Source: an uncultured Planctomycetaceae bacterium
GTDB lineage: Bacteria > Planctomycetota > Planctomycetia > Planctomycetales > Planctomycetaceae
DNA: 64,000 nt
Direction: 5' to 3'
Assembly: GCA_963813715.1 (NCBI GenBank)
Contig: CAWFAK010000017.1
Location: 32,001-96,000, forward strand
Shown: piece by piece, positions 20,605 through 32,030 of the stretch
Numbering within the stretch: the first letter of the stretch is position 1
Layout: each line of letters opens with the position of its first letter
Notes under the pieces: model-generated
The model's input: only the letters and a program-made list of their open reading frames with translations
Told to the model about the DNA's origin: nothing
The model's database searches: none
Position numbers and translations under genes: made by a program

Positions 20605-20614
20605 GGGGCGATTC

Positions 20615-21118
20615 TCACTGGCTGGCCTGCGATTGCTGCTGAGTCAGTCCCGACTGCAGGGCTTTCTGCTTGGCGGCTTGGATGGCACTGCTGACGAATG
20701 CTTGCTGGTCGCGGACGAGGCGAGTCATCGTGAACGATGCGTCGACCGCCTGCTGCGCCTGCCGGCATTGGACGGTCACCTCAACCTGATTAATCCCCGT
20801 ATGCGCGCCGGGGCTCACATTGACGCTATACGTCCAGCCGTCGAGCCCCGGATCGCTAAACGACGACTCGCCTGACCCGCTGCTGGGAATTGCCCCGCCG
20901 ACGACTTCGGCCATTTTCGTTTGGCACAGCAGGACGGCCTGCGACTGCAATCGCGCCTGGAGGGCCGCCCGCGTGGCCGTCGAGAGAGCCTGCGACAATG
21001 CGGTGATCGCGCCGGCGAAAATGGCCATCGCGATGACCACTTCAAACAGGGTGAGGCCTTGGTGCTGTGAAAAGCCCCCGGCCCTTGCGATGCTGCGGTT
21101 TTTCGCTCGGCGCTTCAT
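20615..21118 (-). CDS. gspI: Minor pseudopilin GspI-like
   Basis: G|LTLFEVVIAMAIF, AVLLCQTKMAE, WTYSV, VEVTV. Confidence 0.75.
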   Translation of the reverse strand: MKRRAKNRSIARAGGFSQHQGLTLFEVVIAMAIFAGAITALSQALSTATRAALQARLQSQAVLLCQTKMAEVVGGAIPSSGSGESSFSDPGLDGWTYSVNVSPGAHTGINQVEVTVQCRQAQQAVDASFTMTRLVRDQQAFVSSAIQAAKQKALQSGLTQQQSQASQ

Positions 21119-21814
21119 CAGCGAGCCTCCGTCTCGAGAGTCTTGACGAAGATCTCACCCGTGACTTCGCGGACGGTGATGCGATAACCGGACCCGCGCG
21201 TGTCGACGATCGCGAAGGTGGCGTCGGAGGCAGTGCCGTCGACATGAAAGTAAATTGGATCGGACCAGGTGGCCGACGCGTACTCTTGCGCGGTCGGCAG
21301 CTTTGCCATTCCGGCCTGCCAGCCCGGATCGCCCGAGGCGGGCAGCGGCGGCGAGTCCGGCGGCGGTGCGCTCGACGTGCTCACTTGAAACGAAAGCGTC
21401 TCCGGCAGCGTCCCTGCGACAAACATCCCCGGAGCCAGCGACCGCCCCATCGGAACTCAGGGCCGTTCCCGGAGAACTCAGGACTTCGATGTCGATCGGC
21501 ACGGCCACGTAGCGGCGGCCCCCCGGCTCGAACCGAAACTGATAGGTCGACGTAGCGTCGATCGCGTGCACGCGCGTGCCGGCGAGCGCCGCTTGCACCT
21601 GCTGCGTCCCATCCTTCAGATGATAATTGGCCAGCACTCCCATGACCGACGGCGCGACCGCCCCCGCGCAGATCATCAAAATGCCGATCACGAGCAACAG
21701 CTCGAGCAGGGTGAAGCCGACCCGCGAACGGCCGCGGCGACGGGGCGCGCACCGACCCGCGGCGGGCCAGCTTGCCGCGGATCGAATCTGCCCGGATCGC
21801 GCCCTAACCTGCAT
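21118..21814 (-). CDS. gspH: Minor pseudopilin GspH/FimT-like (frameshift ~21445)
   Basis: G|FTLLELLLVIGIL, TRVHAI; C-terminal PIYFHVDGTASD..RITVREVTG; stop overlaps gspI start. Confidence 0.7.
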
Positions 21815-21844
21815 GAAATTGGCCCTGCCGCTGGCGTGCGACGT

Positions 21845-22291
21845 TTATTGTTCGCTCCAACTGTTGATGTCGTCGCCCGAGCCGTCTTCGTTCTGACGAT
21901 TCGGTCCCGACGACCAGACGGCCGGCTTGTCGCCCTTGCCTTTGCTGGTCGGGTATTCGTAGTACAGCTGCTCGCCCCAGGCGTCCTTCGGCGTGGCGTC
22001 CATGTAGGCGCCGATCTTCTTGCCGTGATAGTCCGCGGCGCTCGTCAACGAGGTGAGCGCCTCGCGGCCGCCCGACGGATACTGCCCGTCGTGGTCGAGA
22101 GCGTACATGGTGAGAATCTGCTGCAGGGTCTTGACGTTGTTGCGGGTCTGCTGCTCATAGGCGGCCTGTTGGCGGCCCAAGAGAGCCGGCACGACGGCCG
22201 CGGCGATCACGCCCAGAATCGCGACGACCAGCAAAACTTCGATCAGGGTAAAGCCCGAACGCTTGGCTCGACGGAGACGCTGGCTACGCAT
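21845..22291 (-). CDS. gspG: Major pseudopilin GspG
   Basis: G|FTLIEVLLVVAILGVIA, MYALDH.GQYP, PKDAWG..Y.Y.YP, WSSGPN..DDINSW. Confidence 0.88.
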   Translation of the reverse strand: MRSQRLRRAKRSGFTLIEVLLVVAILGVIAAAVVPALLGRQQAAYEQQTRNNVKTLQQILTMYALDHDGQYPSGGREALTSLTSAADYHGKKIGAYMDATPKDAWGEQLYYEYPTSKGKGDKPAVWSSGPNRQNEDGSGDDINSWSEQ

Positions 22292-22407
22292 GTTTCCAAT
22301 CCTTTCGAATGGCACGGGTTGAGGGTTTGTTGGCAAAACCGGGGGGTTCGGTTTCAGTTTTGGGCTTTCAGAATTCACAAACAATGTCTTTGTTTTTTCA
22401 GCAACGT

Positions 22408-23617
22408 TTAGAACACCGTCGACGACTGCAGAATCGGCAGCAACAGCGCCACCACGACGAAGAGCACGATTCCCGCCATCACGGTGAGCATGATCGGTTC
22501 GAGCATTCGCACGAACATGTCGAGCGTTCGGTTGGTCTGCCGCTCGAGCGTGTCGGCGACGTCGATCAGCACCTGTTCGAGGTTGTTGGCTTCTTCGCCG
22601 ACGGCGATCATCTCCACGATTTCCGCGGGGAACTCACCGCACTGCGATAAAGGATCCGCCAGCGATTTACCGGTCGAGACGTTGTCGGCCGCATTGCTGA
22701 TGGCCGCCGCCAGAACCTTGTTGCCCGTCGCGTCCTTGGCGATTCTCAGGCTTTCGAGAATGGGAACGCCGTTCTTCAAGAGCGTGCCCAGGATGCGGCA
22801 GAACCGCGAAATGGCAAAGTTGCGGAAAATCGGACCGGCGCCGACGATTCGCAGCCGCGCCTTGTCGAACCAGAGCCGACCCGCATCGGTCTGGGCAAGC
22901 CGCCACAAGTAGGCCCCGAGACCGCCCCCGACCAACAGCAGGATCAGTCCGTATTGCTGCAAGGTTTCGCTCAGCCACAAGAGCCACGTCGTGGCGGCGG
23001 GCAGGCTCCCTTTTTGCGACATTCGCTCGAAGATTGGCGTGAATTTGGGGACGAAGAAGGTCAACATCGCCGTGACGACGGCCGTCCCCATCACCACGAG
23101 GAACGCCGGGTAAACCATGGCGCCGACGACGCGGCTCTTGAGCATTTCCTGGTGGTCGGTGAAGTCGGCGATCCGCTTCAGCACGTCTTCGAGGAAGGCC
23201 CCTTCTTCGCCTGCGCGGACCATGCTCACCGCCAGGTCGTTGAAGACCTTGGGATGTTTGCGCATGGCTTCGCCGAGCCGCGTTCCTTCGGCGACGTCCT
23301 GCCGAACCACTTCCAGCACCGCTTTGAGCGACGACTGTCCGGCCTTGCGTTCAAGGAGCTCCAGGGACCGCAGCAGCGGAACGCCTGAGCGGAGCAAGTC
23401 CGACAACTGGCTGTACGCGATTGCCAGGTGCTTGGGGCGCACGCGGCGCGTGCCGCACCTTGCGTTGGGCCACGGCCGCGGGCGCCAGGTGCAGCCGCAG
23501 GGGAAAGAGCGCCTTGCCCGCCAACTGGCTGAGCGCTTCCTGTTCGGTGCCAGCGGACAGGACTCCCGTGACCTGCTTGCCGCCGGCGGCCCGTGCTACG
23601 TATTGGAAATCGGACAT
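22408..23617 (-). CDS. gspF: Type II secretion inner-membrane platform protein GspF/PilC (frameshift ~23450)
   Basis: MSDFQYVA; QLSDLLRSGVPLLRSL, SMVRAGEEG, AMVYP, FCRILGTLLKNGVPI, MIAVGEE, LEP. Confidence 0.92.
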
Positions 23618-23858
23618 GCTCGACCTGACTACCCAGACGCGGCTCGTGCGGCGTTTCGTGTCCGCCCTAATCTCTTTCCGACGATTCGCTCAACGCCCAG
23701 CGACTTCCGGCAAATTCCTTCTGGCGGCTCGGATCCGGTGATCCCCTTCCACCACGAAGCTCAGCGTACCTGGCGGCCGCGGGGATGGCCCCGGCTGAGA
23801 TCCAGACCGGGCAAGGGATCGGCGGCCGCCCCGCGCCCTTCTGCCTGCTCAGCCGGTG

Positions 23859-25541
23859 CTAAAATGACGTCCCCTTTGTGACTCGAAGGACTTCTTCGAG
23901 ACTCGTCGTGCCCTGGCGGCACTTTTCGTAGCCGCTTTGACGCAGCGTCTTCAACCCTTTCTTGAGTCCGTACTGCAGGATGTCGCCCGAGGTGGCCCGC
24001 TCGACGCACATGTGTCGCACAGTCGAATCCGTCATCAACAGCTCGTAAACGCCCGAACGCCCCATGTAGCCCGTCTCGCGACAGACGCGGCACCCCACGG
24101 GGCGAAACAGTTCTTCCGGCACCGGCTGGGGAAAATCGTGCGGTAAATCGTCGGCCGTGGGCCGATAGGCTTGTTTGCAACGCGAGCACAGCAACCGCAC
24201 GAGGCGTTGGGCGAGCACGCCTTCGATCGTGCTGGCGACCAGGTACGGTTCGACGCCCATATCGACCAGTCGCGTAAAGGCGCCGCACGCGTCGTTGGTG
24301 TGCAGCGTGCTGAAGACCAGGTGCCCGGTCAGCGACGCCTGGATGGCGCTCTGCGCGGTCTCGCCGTCTCGGATTTCTCCGATCAGAATCACGTCGGGGT
24401 CGTGACGCAAAATGCTTCGCAGTCCCATGGCAAACGTCAGCCCGATCTTCGAGTGCACCTGGATTTGGCTGATGCCCACCGTGTGATATTCGACGGGATC
24501 CTCGACCGTAATGATCTTAACGGTCGGATCCTTAATGGCATTTAAAGCTCCGTAAAGCGTGGTGGTTTTGCCGCTACCGGTCGGGCCGGTGACCAGAATG
24601 ATGCCGTGCGGCAGGGAGATCAGCTCGCTGAACGGCTTGAGCACGTCCTCGGGCATGCCCACGCCCCTCAAGTCGAACTTCATTCGCTCCTTGTCGAGCA
24701 ACCGCAGCACCACTCCTTCGCCGTAGAGCATGGGGATGATCGACACACGGACGTCGATCTCGCGGCCGGAGACTTTGAGCTTGATGCGGCCGTCCTGCGG
24801 GAGACGCTTTTCGGCGATATTCAGCCGCGACATGATTTTCAGTCGCGTGACGATCGCCGCGTAAAACTGGTTGATCTCCTGCGGGACGGGTTGCACGCGG
24901 AGCATGCCGTCCAAGCGGAAGCGGACGGTCAGGCCGCTTTCCTGCGGCTCGATGTGCACGTCGCTCGCCTGCAGCTCGAGGGCTTCGACCAAGAGTTCGT
25001 TGACGAGCCGAATGACCGAGGCCGACTGGGCGATTTCCGCCAGGTCGCCGGCCCCGTCTCCCTGGTCGGAGACGACCTCGATCCCTTCTTCCAGGCTGCG
25101 GGAGACGAGCTCGTTGATCGTGTCGCCGCCGACGCCCAGGTGCTCTTTGATCCGCTGCAGAACGTCGTCGCGGCGGGCGAGAACCGGGTCGAGCCGAAAG
25201 CCCGAGAGAGCGCTCAGCTCGTTGAGGGCCTCCAGGTTGAACGGGTCGTCGATGGCGACTTTGACTTTGCCGTTCGTTCGGCTGATCGGAAGCACAGCAT
25301 GCCGGAAGACCGCCGACGTGGGAAACTTCGCCAGCAGGGTGCGATCGATCTCAATCGACTGAAGATCGACGAATTTGAGACCCAGGGCCTCTGCGAGAGC
25401 TTTGAGGGCGTCTTCCTCGGTGACGATCCCCTGCTCCACTAGCAGCTGATCGATACGCCGACCGTTCGCCTGCGGAACAGCGGCATCGAGCTGATCGCGC
25501 GTGACAAGTCCGCGTTTTACGAAAAGTTCACCAATATCCAC
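23859..25541 (-). CDS. gspE: Type II secretion ATPase GspE/PilB
   Basis: [66 protein letters not shown] missing G in a G-run near 23872 would extend the C-terminus (TKGDVILAP...) to 23761. Confidence 0.95.
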   Translation of the reverse strand: MDIGELFVKRGLVTRDQLDAAVPQANGRRIDQLLVEQGIVTEEDALKALAEALGLKFVDLQSIEIDRTLLAKFPTSAVFRHAVLPISRTNGKVKVAIDDPFNLEALNELSALSGFRLDPVLARRDDVLQRIKEHLGVGGDTINELVSRSLEEGIEVVSDQGDGAGDLAEIAQSASVIRLVNELLVEALELQASDVHIEPQESGLTVRFRLDGMLRVQPVPQEINQFYAAIVTRLKIMSRLNIAEKRLPQDGRIKLKVSGREIDVRVSIIPMLYGEGVVLRLLDKERMKFDLRGVGMPEDVLKPFSELISLPHGIILVTGPTGSGKTTTLYGALNAIKDPTVKIITVEDPVEYHTVGISQIQVHSKIGLTFAMGLRSILRHDPDVILIGEIRDGETAQSAIQASLTGHLVFSTLHTNDACGAFTRLVDMGVEPYLVASTIEGVLAQRLVRLLCSRCKQAYRPTADDLPHDFPQPVPEELFRPVGCRVCRETGYMGRSGVYELLMTDSTVRHMCVERATSGDILQYGLKKGLKTLRQSGYEKCRQGTTSLEEVLRVTKGTSF

Positions 25542-25577
25542 GGACAGTTGCCTCGCGGGAGGGAGCCACCCCGGTTT

Positions 25578-25596
25578 TAGAGAGCTAATCTCTCTA
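25578..25596. promoter_or_regulatory. Candidate operator palindrome in gspE/secretin divergent region
   Basis: TAGAGAG-CTAAT-CTCTCTA perfect 7-bp inverted repeat ~37 bp upstream of gspE start. Confidence 0.35.
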
Positions 25597-25845
25597 GGGA
25601 AGCGACAGGGCGGTCAACACTGAGAGCCGCGGGGAGCAGCTCCGAAGGTGTCAGGGGTCGCTGCAAAGGTCGTTTTGAAAAGGTACTTCCTAAGATCCTA
25701 CGCTCGCTCAGACAGGCAAGCAAGGGTGACCTTCGTCTTCGGAACTAGAGACGCAGAAACACCTTCAGGTAGAATTCAGCGTTGCATAATGGATTTGGGC
25801 AATGCAATACTTTTATCTGTTCCATTGACCCAAAGAGGGGGTGAG

Positions 25846-28800
25846 ATGAGTCGCCACGCTGTGCAAAAAGTTCTCGTGCTGGCCTTGTTGTTTGCGCTGG
25901 CCGCTCCTCCGATGACCGCTTTTGGGCAGCCGTATCCCGGTGGTGGCGGCGGACCCGGGGGATTTGGCAGAGGGCGGCGAATACGCGGCGGGAATTGGGG
26001 AAACATGTTCCCCAACGGCATGCCCACTCCTCCCACGGCCACTCCTGCGACGGAAGAACCGAAAAAAGACGAAAAGAAGGACGAGAAGAAAGACGCTCCC
26101 AAGGAGCCGACCGGCCCGCCTCCGGTGATTCGGCCGCCTGCGATGGATAATCCGGCTGTGCTGGAAACGCAGAAGATGCGGGTCGACGACAAGAAGCACG
26201 ACGTCAGCTTCAACTTTCAGGAAGCCCCGTGGCCCTTCGTGCTCGACGAGGTGGCCCGCGTCTCGAACATGACCCTCGACTGGCAGACTCTGCCGGGCGA
26301 TTCGCTGAACCTGCGTTCCAGCGGACGCTACCCGATCGCCCAGGCGCGCGACGTCGTCAACGCCCAGCTGTTGGCCCGCGGCTACTCGATGCTGGTCGAC
26401 AACAAGTCCCAGTCGATCAACGTCGTCAATCTCGACAGTCTCACCACCGCGCTCGTTCCACGAGTCGCTCCCGAAGACCTGGAAAACTTGCCGCCCCACG
26501 ACCTCGTGAAGGTCTCGTTCCATCTTGATTGGTTGCCGGCCGACAAGGCCGTCGACGAGTTCAAGCCGATGCTCTCGCCGAAGGGGAAACTCTTCCCCTT
26601 GAAGGCCACCAACCGGCTCGAGGCGATCGACGCGGTCGAAAACTTGCGCGAGATCTCCAAACTGCTCGACGAAGAACAGAACGGCAAAGGCGACCACGGC
26701 GTGAAGATCTTCGAGCTGCGCTATACCCGCGCGGCCGACGTCGTCGACCAGCTGCAAAGCTTCCTGAACTTGAAGAAGGACCAGCCTGCCGGTGCGGCGC
26801 CGCAGGGCGGGCAGCAATCGATGATGGCGATGGCCATGCAGATGCAGCAGCAACAACAGAACCAGCAACAGCAGGCCGCACAGGCGAGTGCGCAGCCGAA
26901 GCCGGAAATTCGCCTCTTGGCGCTGCAGCGCAATAACAGCGTGCTGGTGAACGCTCCGCCCGACCAGATGGGTATCATCCGTTCGGCGATCTTCAACATC
27001 GACGTGCCGTCCGAACGCGCCTCGTTGGCGGGGAACGGGACGCTCTTCCACGCTTACCGGCTCGCGACGCTCGATCCGGAATCGATGATCAGCATGCTGG
27101 AGGCCGTCGCCGATCTCGACCCGCAGACAAAGCTGGAGGTCGACAAGAAGAACCGCACGGTTATCGCCTACGCGAGTCCCCGGGATCAGCAGGTCATCGC
27201 CGCGATGGTGCAGAACCTCGACGGCACCGATCGCTTGCTGCACGTGATCCGGCTCCGCAAGCTGGATGCCGACATGGTCGCCGGCACGATCCGGGCGCTG
27301 CTCGTCGACGAAAAAAAGCAGGATAACAACAACAACGGCGGCGGATTCGGCTTTGGTCGCCGTTTCTTCGGCGGATTCGGTCAGCAGAACCAGCAGGAAG
27401 AACAGCCGACCACGAAGTTCCGCATCGAAGCGGACGTGGTCGCCAATCGCTTGCTCGTCTTCTCCAACAAGATCGAGCTCGATCAGGTCGAAAACATGCT
27501 CGCCCAGCTGGGTGAGGTGCCACCGAAAGAGGGCAGCGCCGAGACGATGCGTGTGCTTGACTTTGGCGCCGGCGACGACGAGCAGCAGCTCTTGGAGCGT
27601 CTCCGCCGGGCGTGGCCCTCGATGGGCAAAAACGGCAACAAGCTGATCATCGATGTGCCTCCGAAAAAACCCACCGAGCCGGCTCCGGCAGACACGAACA
27701 AGCAACAGCCGGCTCCCAAAAAGGACTCGGCCACGGCACCGTCCGCTTCGACGAGCGAACCCGCGGCGTCACGACCCAACGCGCAAAAGGCGGAAATCCG
27801 CATGGCCGGTCTCGAGCGCGGGACGCAGTTGGCGCAAGCCGACGCCAAGTCGGCTCCCGCCGACAGCAAGACTGAGAGCACGCCAAAACCCTCCATGGCC
27901 ACGCCGCCGAGGATAAACCAAGAGCGCGATCCCCGACGAAACGGCTTTCGGCGGGGCCGCATGCCGCGCCGGCTGCCGGAGGCTGTCGACGCGCCCGCTC
28001 CCGAGGCACAGTCGGCCGCGAAGCGGCCCGCCGACAACTCAGTTCCGGGCGATCCGATCTACATCACCCGCGGGTCCGACGGTCGGCTGCTCATCTCTTC
28101 TCGCGACACGCGGGCCTTGGATGATCTCGAAGAGATCATGGCGCGCCTCGCCCCGCCGCGGAAGGATTATGAGATCTTCGCCCTGCAATTCACGACGGCT
28201 GCCTCGATGCGGATCATGCTGGACGATTTCTTTTCGGTCGAAAAGAAGGAATCGGCGGCCGATCAGCGCATGCGCCGCTGGTCGTTTGGGACGACGATTC
28301 AACGACAACAAGAAGGACGACACGCCCCGCCTCTCGCAGCGCAAGCCGCTCAAGTTCATCGACGACGACGCGACCAATTCGATCCTCGTGCAAGGGGCGT
28401 CGGCCGATCAACTGCGGCGGATCGGCGACATCATCAAGATTTACGATCGACCGGAAAAGCCGAACTCGCGGCAATCGCGGATCACCCAAATCTTTCAGAT
28501 CAAGCACAACAAGGCGTCGGTCATCTCCGACATGGTCAAGGAACTCTACAAAGATTTGCTGAGTGCCAACGACAAGGCCCTGGAAAGCTATAACCAGACG
28601 AAGAGCCAGGGGGGCGGGCGTGGCGGACGCTTTACCACCATTCTCGATTTCGGCGACCACGAGGACGACGGCAAGCTGAACCAGGGGCGGTTCAAAGGTT
28701 ATTTGTCGCTTGCCGCCAATGATGCCACCAATACGATCATGGTCTCCTGCCCGGCCGTGCTGATGCCAAACATCGAACAAATGGTGGAACGGCTCGATCA

Positions 28801-29048
28801 GGCCGCCGTTCCCGTGGCACAAAGCATTCAGATGATCAAGATCAACAGCGGCATCGACTCCGAAGGCGTTGCAGAAGAAGCTCACAGAGCTGTTGAAGCC
28901 GACGACGACGCAAGGCGAGGTCAAGACGGGCGAGACGCCGGCCGGTCAAACGCCCGGTGGCCAAGGCCAACGTCGCGGCGGCGGCAACGGTGGTGGTGGG
29001 GGGGGCCGTGGGGGTGGTGGACGCGGCAACGGCGGCGGCAACGAGTAA
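25846..29048 (+). CDS. Secretin N-terminal domain repeat protein (GspD-like) without visible C-terminal barrel (frameshifts ~28285, ~28865)
   Basis: Signal peptide; N0 VSFNFQEAPW; repeated KH-like units (IFELRYTRAAD..NNSVLVNA, D.ATNSILVQG, NDATNTIMVS); rejoined end LQKKLTELL..GGRGNGGGNE stop 29048. Confidence 0.8.
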
Positions 29049-29485
29049 CGCTCCGCGCTGATCCAAACAACCAGAAATTGCGTGTGAGGGCGATCCGTTA
29101 CGGCGGACCGCCCTCACGCTGTTTTAGGACGGCGCAGTTGGACCACCCTGCTGGACCCCGCTGTCGGATTGCGTGCAAGAGCGTCGCACTCATCGGTCGA
29201 CATTTCGGTCGGACGTTGTGTCCTTTGGGAGTTTGTCCTTTCGCGAGCCTGTTCGCTTCCGCGCAAATTCGGCGCGCTGCCATGCGCATTCCCGCGGGAA
29301 TTGTCCGCGCACCGCGGTGTGTCGTTCGTTAGCGCATACGCGCGTTTCTGGTGAGCACGCACCGACTTGCTGAATGCAATTGCGTTTTTCGCGCGCTCAC
29401 TGGCATACTTGAGCCGTGCCTCGGCCGCTCCGTGATTTTTTGCGGGGCGAGAGTCGGTTCGACGGTTCTGGAGAAGGAGAGGACG

Positions 29486-30541
29486 ATGCGGCCGTTCGAG
29501 AATTGTCCAGATTGTGCCGACGGAGAATTGTCGGCAGTCAATCGCCGCCAGTTTGTCAAAACAATCGGCGTCACCGCAGTCGCCGCATCGAGCGTTTCGC
29601 TCACGGGGACTGCATTTGCCAAAGAAGCTGCCGGCTCCGGCAACGCCGCGCGGCCCGAAACGTTCGCTCAAAAGCTTTATGCCTCCCTCACGCCGACGCA
29701 GCGGCAGAAAATCGCCTTCCCCTGGGACTACACCGACAAGCGCGGTCTCCTGCGGATGCACGTTGAGAACAACTGGCAGATCACCGAAGAGAAAGTCGCC
29801 AGCGACTTCTTTACCAAGGACCAGCAGGACATCATCGAGGCGCTTTACTTCGGCCTCTACAATCCGGACTGGAAAGACCGCATCAAGAAGCAGCTGGCCG
29901 ACGACGCCGGCGGCTACGGCCAGGCCCAGTCGATCGCCATGTTCGGCACGCCTGAAAGCGGCAAATTCGAGTTCGTCATGACGGGCCGCCACCTGACGAT
30001 CCGTTGCGACGGCAATTCGTCCGGCCACGTCGCCTTCGGCGGGCCTATCTTTTACGGCCACGCGGCCCAGGGCTTCAACGAGAAGGCCGACCATCCGGGG
30101 AACGTCTTCTGGCATCAGGGGCTCAAGGCCAACGCGCTCTTCAAGATGCTCGACGGGCGACTCCGGAAAGAGGCGCTGATCGCGCAAGCGCCGAAAGAAA
30201 GCCGCGTGCAGTTCCGCGATCGCAACAAGATCGAAGGTCTGCCGGCCTCGGAGCTGTCAGCCGACCAGAAGGCCCATCTCAAGGGGGTGCTGGAATCGCT
30301 CATCGAGCCCTACCGCACGTCGGACCGCGATCATGTCATTCGCTGTCTCGACGCGCAGGGCGGCCTCGACGCGTGCCGCATCGCCTTCTATCAATCGGGG
30401 GATATCGGCAACGACCAGGTGTGGGACATCTGGCGGCTGGAAGGGCCCTCATTCGTCTGGCACTTCCGCGGCAGTCCCCACGTGCACGTCTGGGTGAATG
30501 TGGCGGATGATCCTTCGGTGCGGATCACTGCCGTCGGTTGA
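29486..30541 (+). CDS. DUF3500 family protein with Tat signal
   Basis: AGGAGAGG RBS; NRRQFVK twin-Arg; TGRHLTIRCDG, FGGPIFYGH, WRLEGPSFVWHFRGSPHVH. Confidence 0.85.
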   Translation: MRPFENCPDCADGELSAVNRRQFVKTIGVTAVAASSVSLTGTAFAKEAAGSGNAARPETFAQKLYASLTPTQRQKIAFPWDYTDKRGLLRMHVENNWQITEEKVASDFFTKDQQDIIEALYFGLYNPDWKDRIKKQLADDAGGYGQAQSIAMFGTPESGKFEFVMTGRHLTIRCDGNSSGHVAFGGPIFYGHAAQGFNEKADHPGNVFWHQGLKANALFKMLDGRLRKEALIAQAPKESRVQFRDRNKIEGLPASELSADQKAHLKGVLESLIEPYRTSDRDHVIRCLDAQGGLDACRIAFYQSGDIGNDQVWDIWRLEGPSFVWHFRGSPHVHVWVNVADDPSVRITAVG

Positions 30542-31157
30542 TCCGCGCGGGCCAAATTAAAGATTGCCCGCGTCGGCAGAGACCGTTATGCTGTGACGCT
30601 CTTGCGTGGCCCACATGATGGGGCCGGTCGTTCGAAAAGATTTCGAGGCAGTTGCAATTGGGCGCGGCACACGTGACTGGGGCCATTCGTCACATCTCGC
30701 TTGCGGGCCGCGCTCGTTGCGGCTGCGGCCGTCGTGCGCGGATCGCAACGCTGCCACTCGTGCGCCGTCGCGCCGGTCCGCGAACACGTTCGTTTGTTCG
30801 CAGCCATTGATTCGCTTGCGCCATCTCTCGCTCTGTTTCGGGCTGAATCGCAGTGTTTGAGGAAATGCCGGGCCGTTAGACAGACGCATTTGACGGATTA
30901 GACAAGACGCACTCACGGAATCGATGCCGTCCCACATTTGGGACGAATTTCGCGGACGCACCCCGGACACCACCGGGGAAGAGCCGCGAGAGAATTCGAC
31001 AGGGCCGAGGCCAACTGTGAGACAGGGATCACCGGGCCCGGGGATAACCCGGGTGGGCAGCCGCGAATCACTGGAGAAATCAATCGTGGTGGAACAGTCG
31101 GCATTCACACAATCCGCAGCCGAACCGCGACTTCAACCGCAGTCCAAGAGCCCCGAC

Positions 31158-31983
31158 ATGCTGCGGCTCGCGGTGAATCAGCTCACGACCCTGGCCTGGG
31201 AAGTCGACGACGAGGCCATCGCCTACCACAAAGAGGGCTTTCGTGCCCTGGGGCTCTGGCGGCCAAAGCTCAGCCAGTTCGGTGAAGAGCGGGCGGCGGA
31301 GCTGTTTCGGGAATTGGGGATTTCCGTCTCGAGCCTGTCGTGGGCCGGCGGCTTCACCGGCAGCAACGGCTGGAGCTTTTTGGACTCGCTGGCCGACGCC
31401 CGGGCGGCGATCAAGGCGGCCGCGCTGGTCGGGGCTGAGTGCCTCAATGTCGTCAGCGGGCCTCGGAGCGGACACACCGATAGGCATGCGCGGCGACTGA
31501 TCTCCCAGGCGCTCGCCATTCTGGCCCCCGAGGCGGCCGACGCAGGCGTGACGCTGGCCCTGCAGCCCATGCATCCCGATTTCTCCCGTTCGTGGACTTT
31601 CGTGAATGCGCTCGATGCCACATTTGAGGTCATCAGTAACATCGAGCCGCCCGTGAAGATCGCCTTCGACGTCTATCACCTCTGGAACGAGCGGCGGCTG
31701 CTCTCGCGGATTCCCGAATTGGCGCCGCACGTGGCGCTCGTGCAGCTGTGCGACGCTTGGCGCGGCCATCGCGGCGGCCGCCGCATGCTGGGTGACGGAG
31801 AGATTCCTCTCTCGGCGATCGTGCAGGCGTTCGACGCGGCTGGGTACGCCGGCTACTATGAGCTGACGACCTGGTCGAGGCTGCTGTGGCGACAAGAACT
31901 ACTGCGAACTGTTGCGCGAATGTCGAGCCCGCTTCGACAATCTCTGCCGCCGGCCGGTCCCCGCCGCACTCGCCGGCAACTGA
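31158..31983 (+). CDS. Sugar phosphate isomerase/epimerase (TIM barrel; frameshift ~31890)
   Basis: LAVNQLTT, VSSLSWAGGFTG, LALQPMHP, FDVYH, LGDGEIPL, YAGYYE; alternative frame gives NYCELLRECRARF...AGN stop 31983. Confidence 0.8.
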
Positions 31984-32030
31984 TCCCTCCCGAGCCTGCA
32001 AGGCCGGAAACCATCGAGCGAGCCCGCGAG

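Noticed and set aside
25813..27705. Long antisense or overlapping ORFs (also 2481-3788, 14461-15807, 42758-44428, 49057-50205, 54263-55711)
   Set aside because: Shadow ORFs of real genes in high-GC DNA, with no recognisable motifs.
30546..30572. Intrinsic terminator after DUF3500
   Set aside because: CGCGGGC/GCCCGCG stem is present but there is no U-tract, so it was not called.
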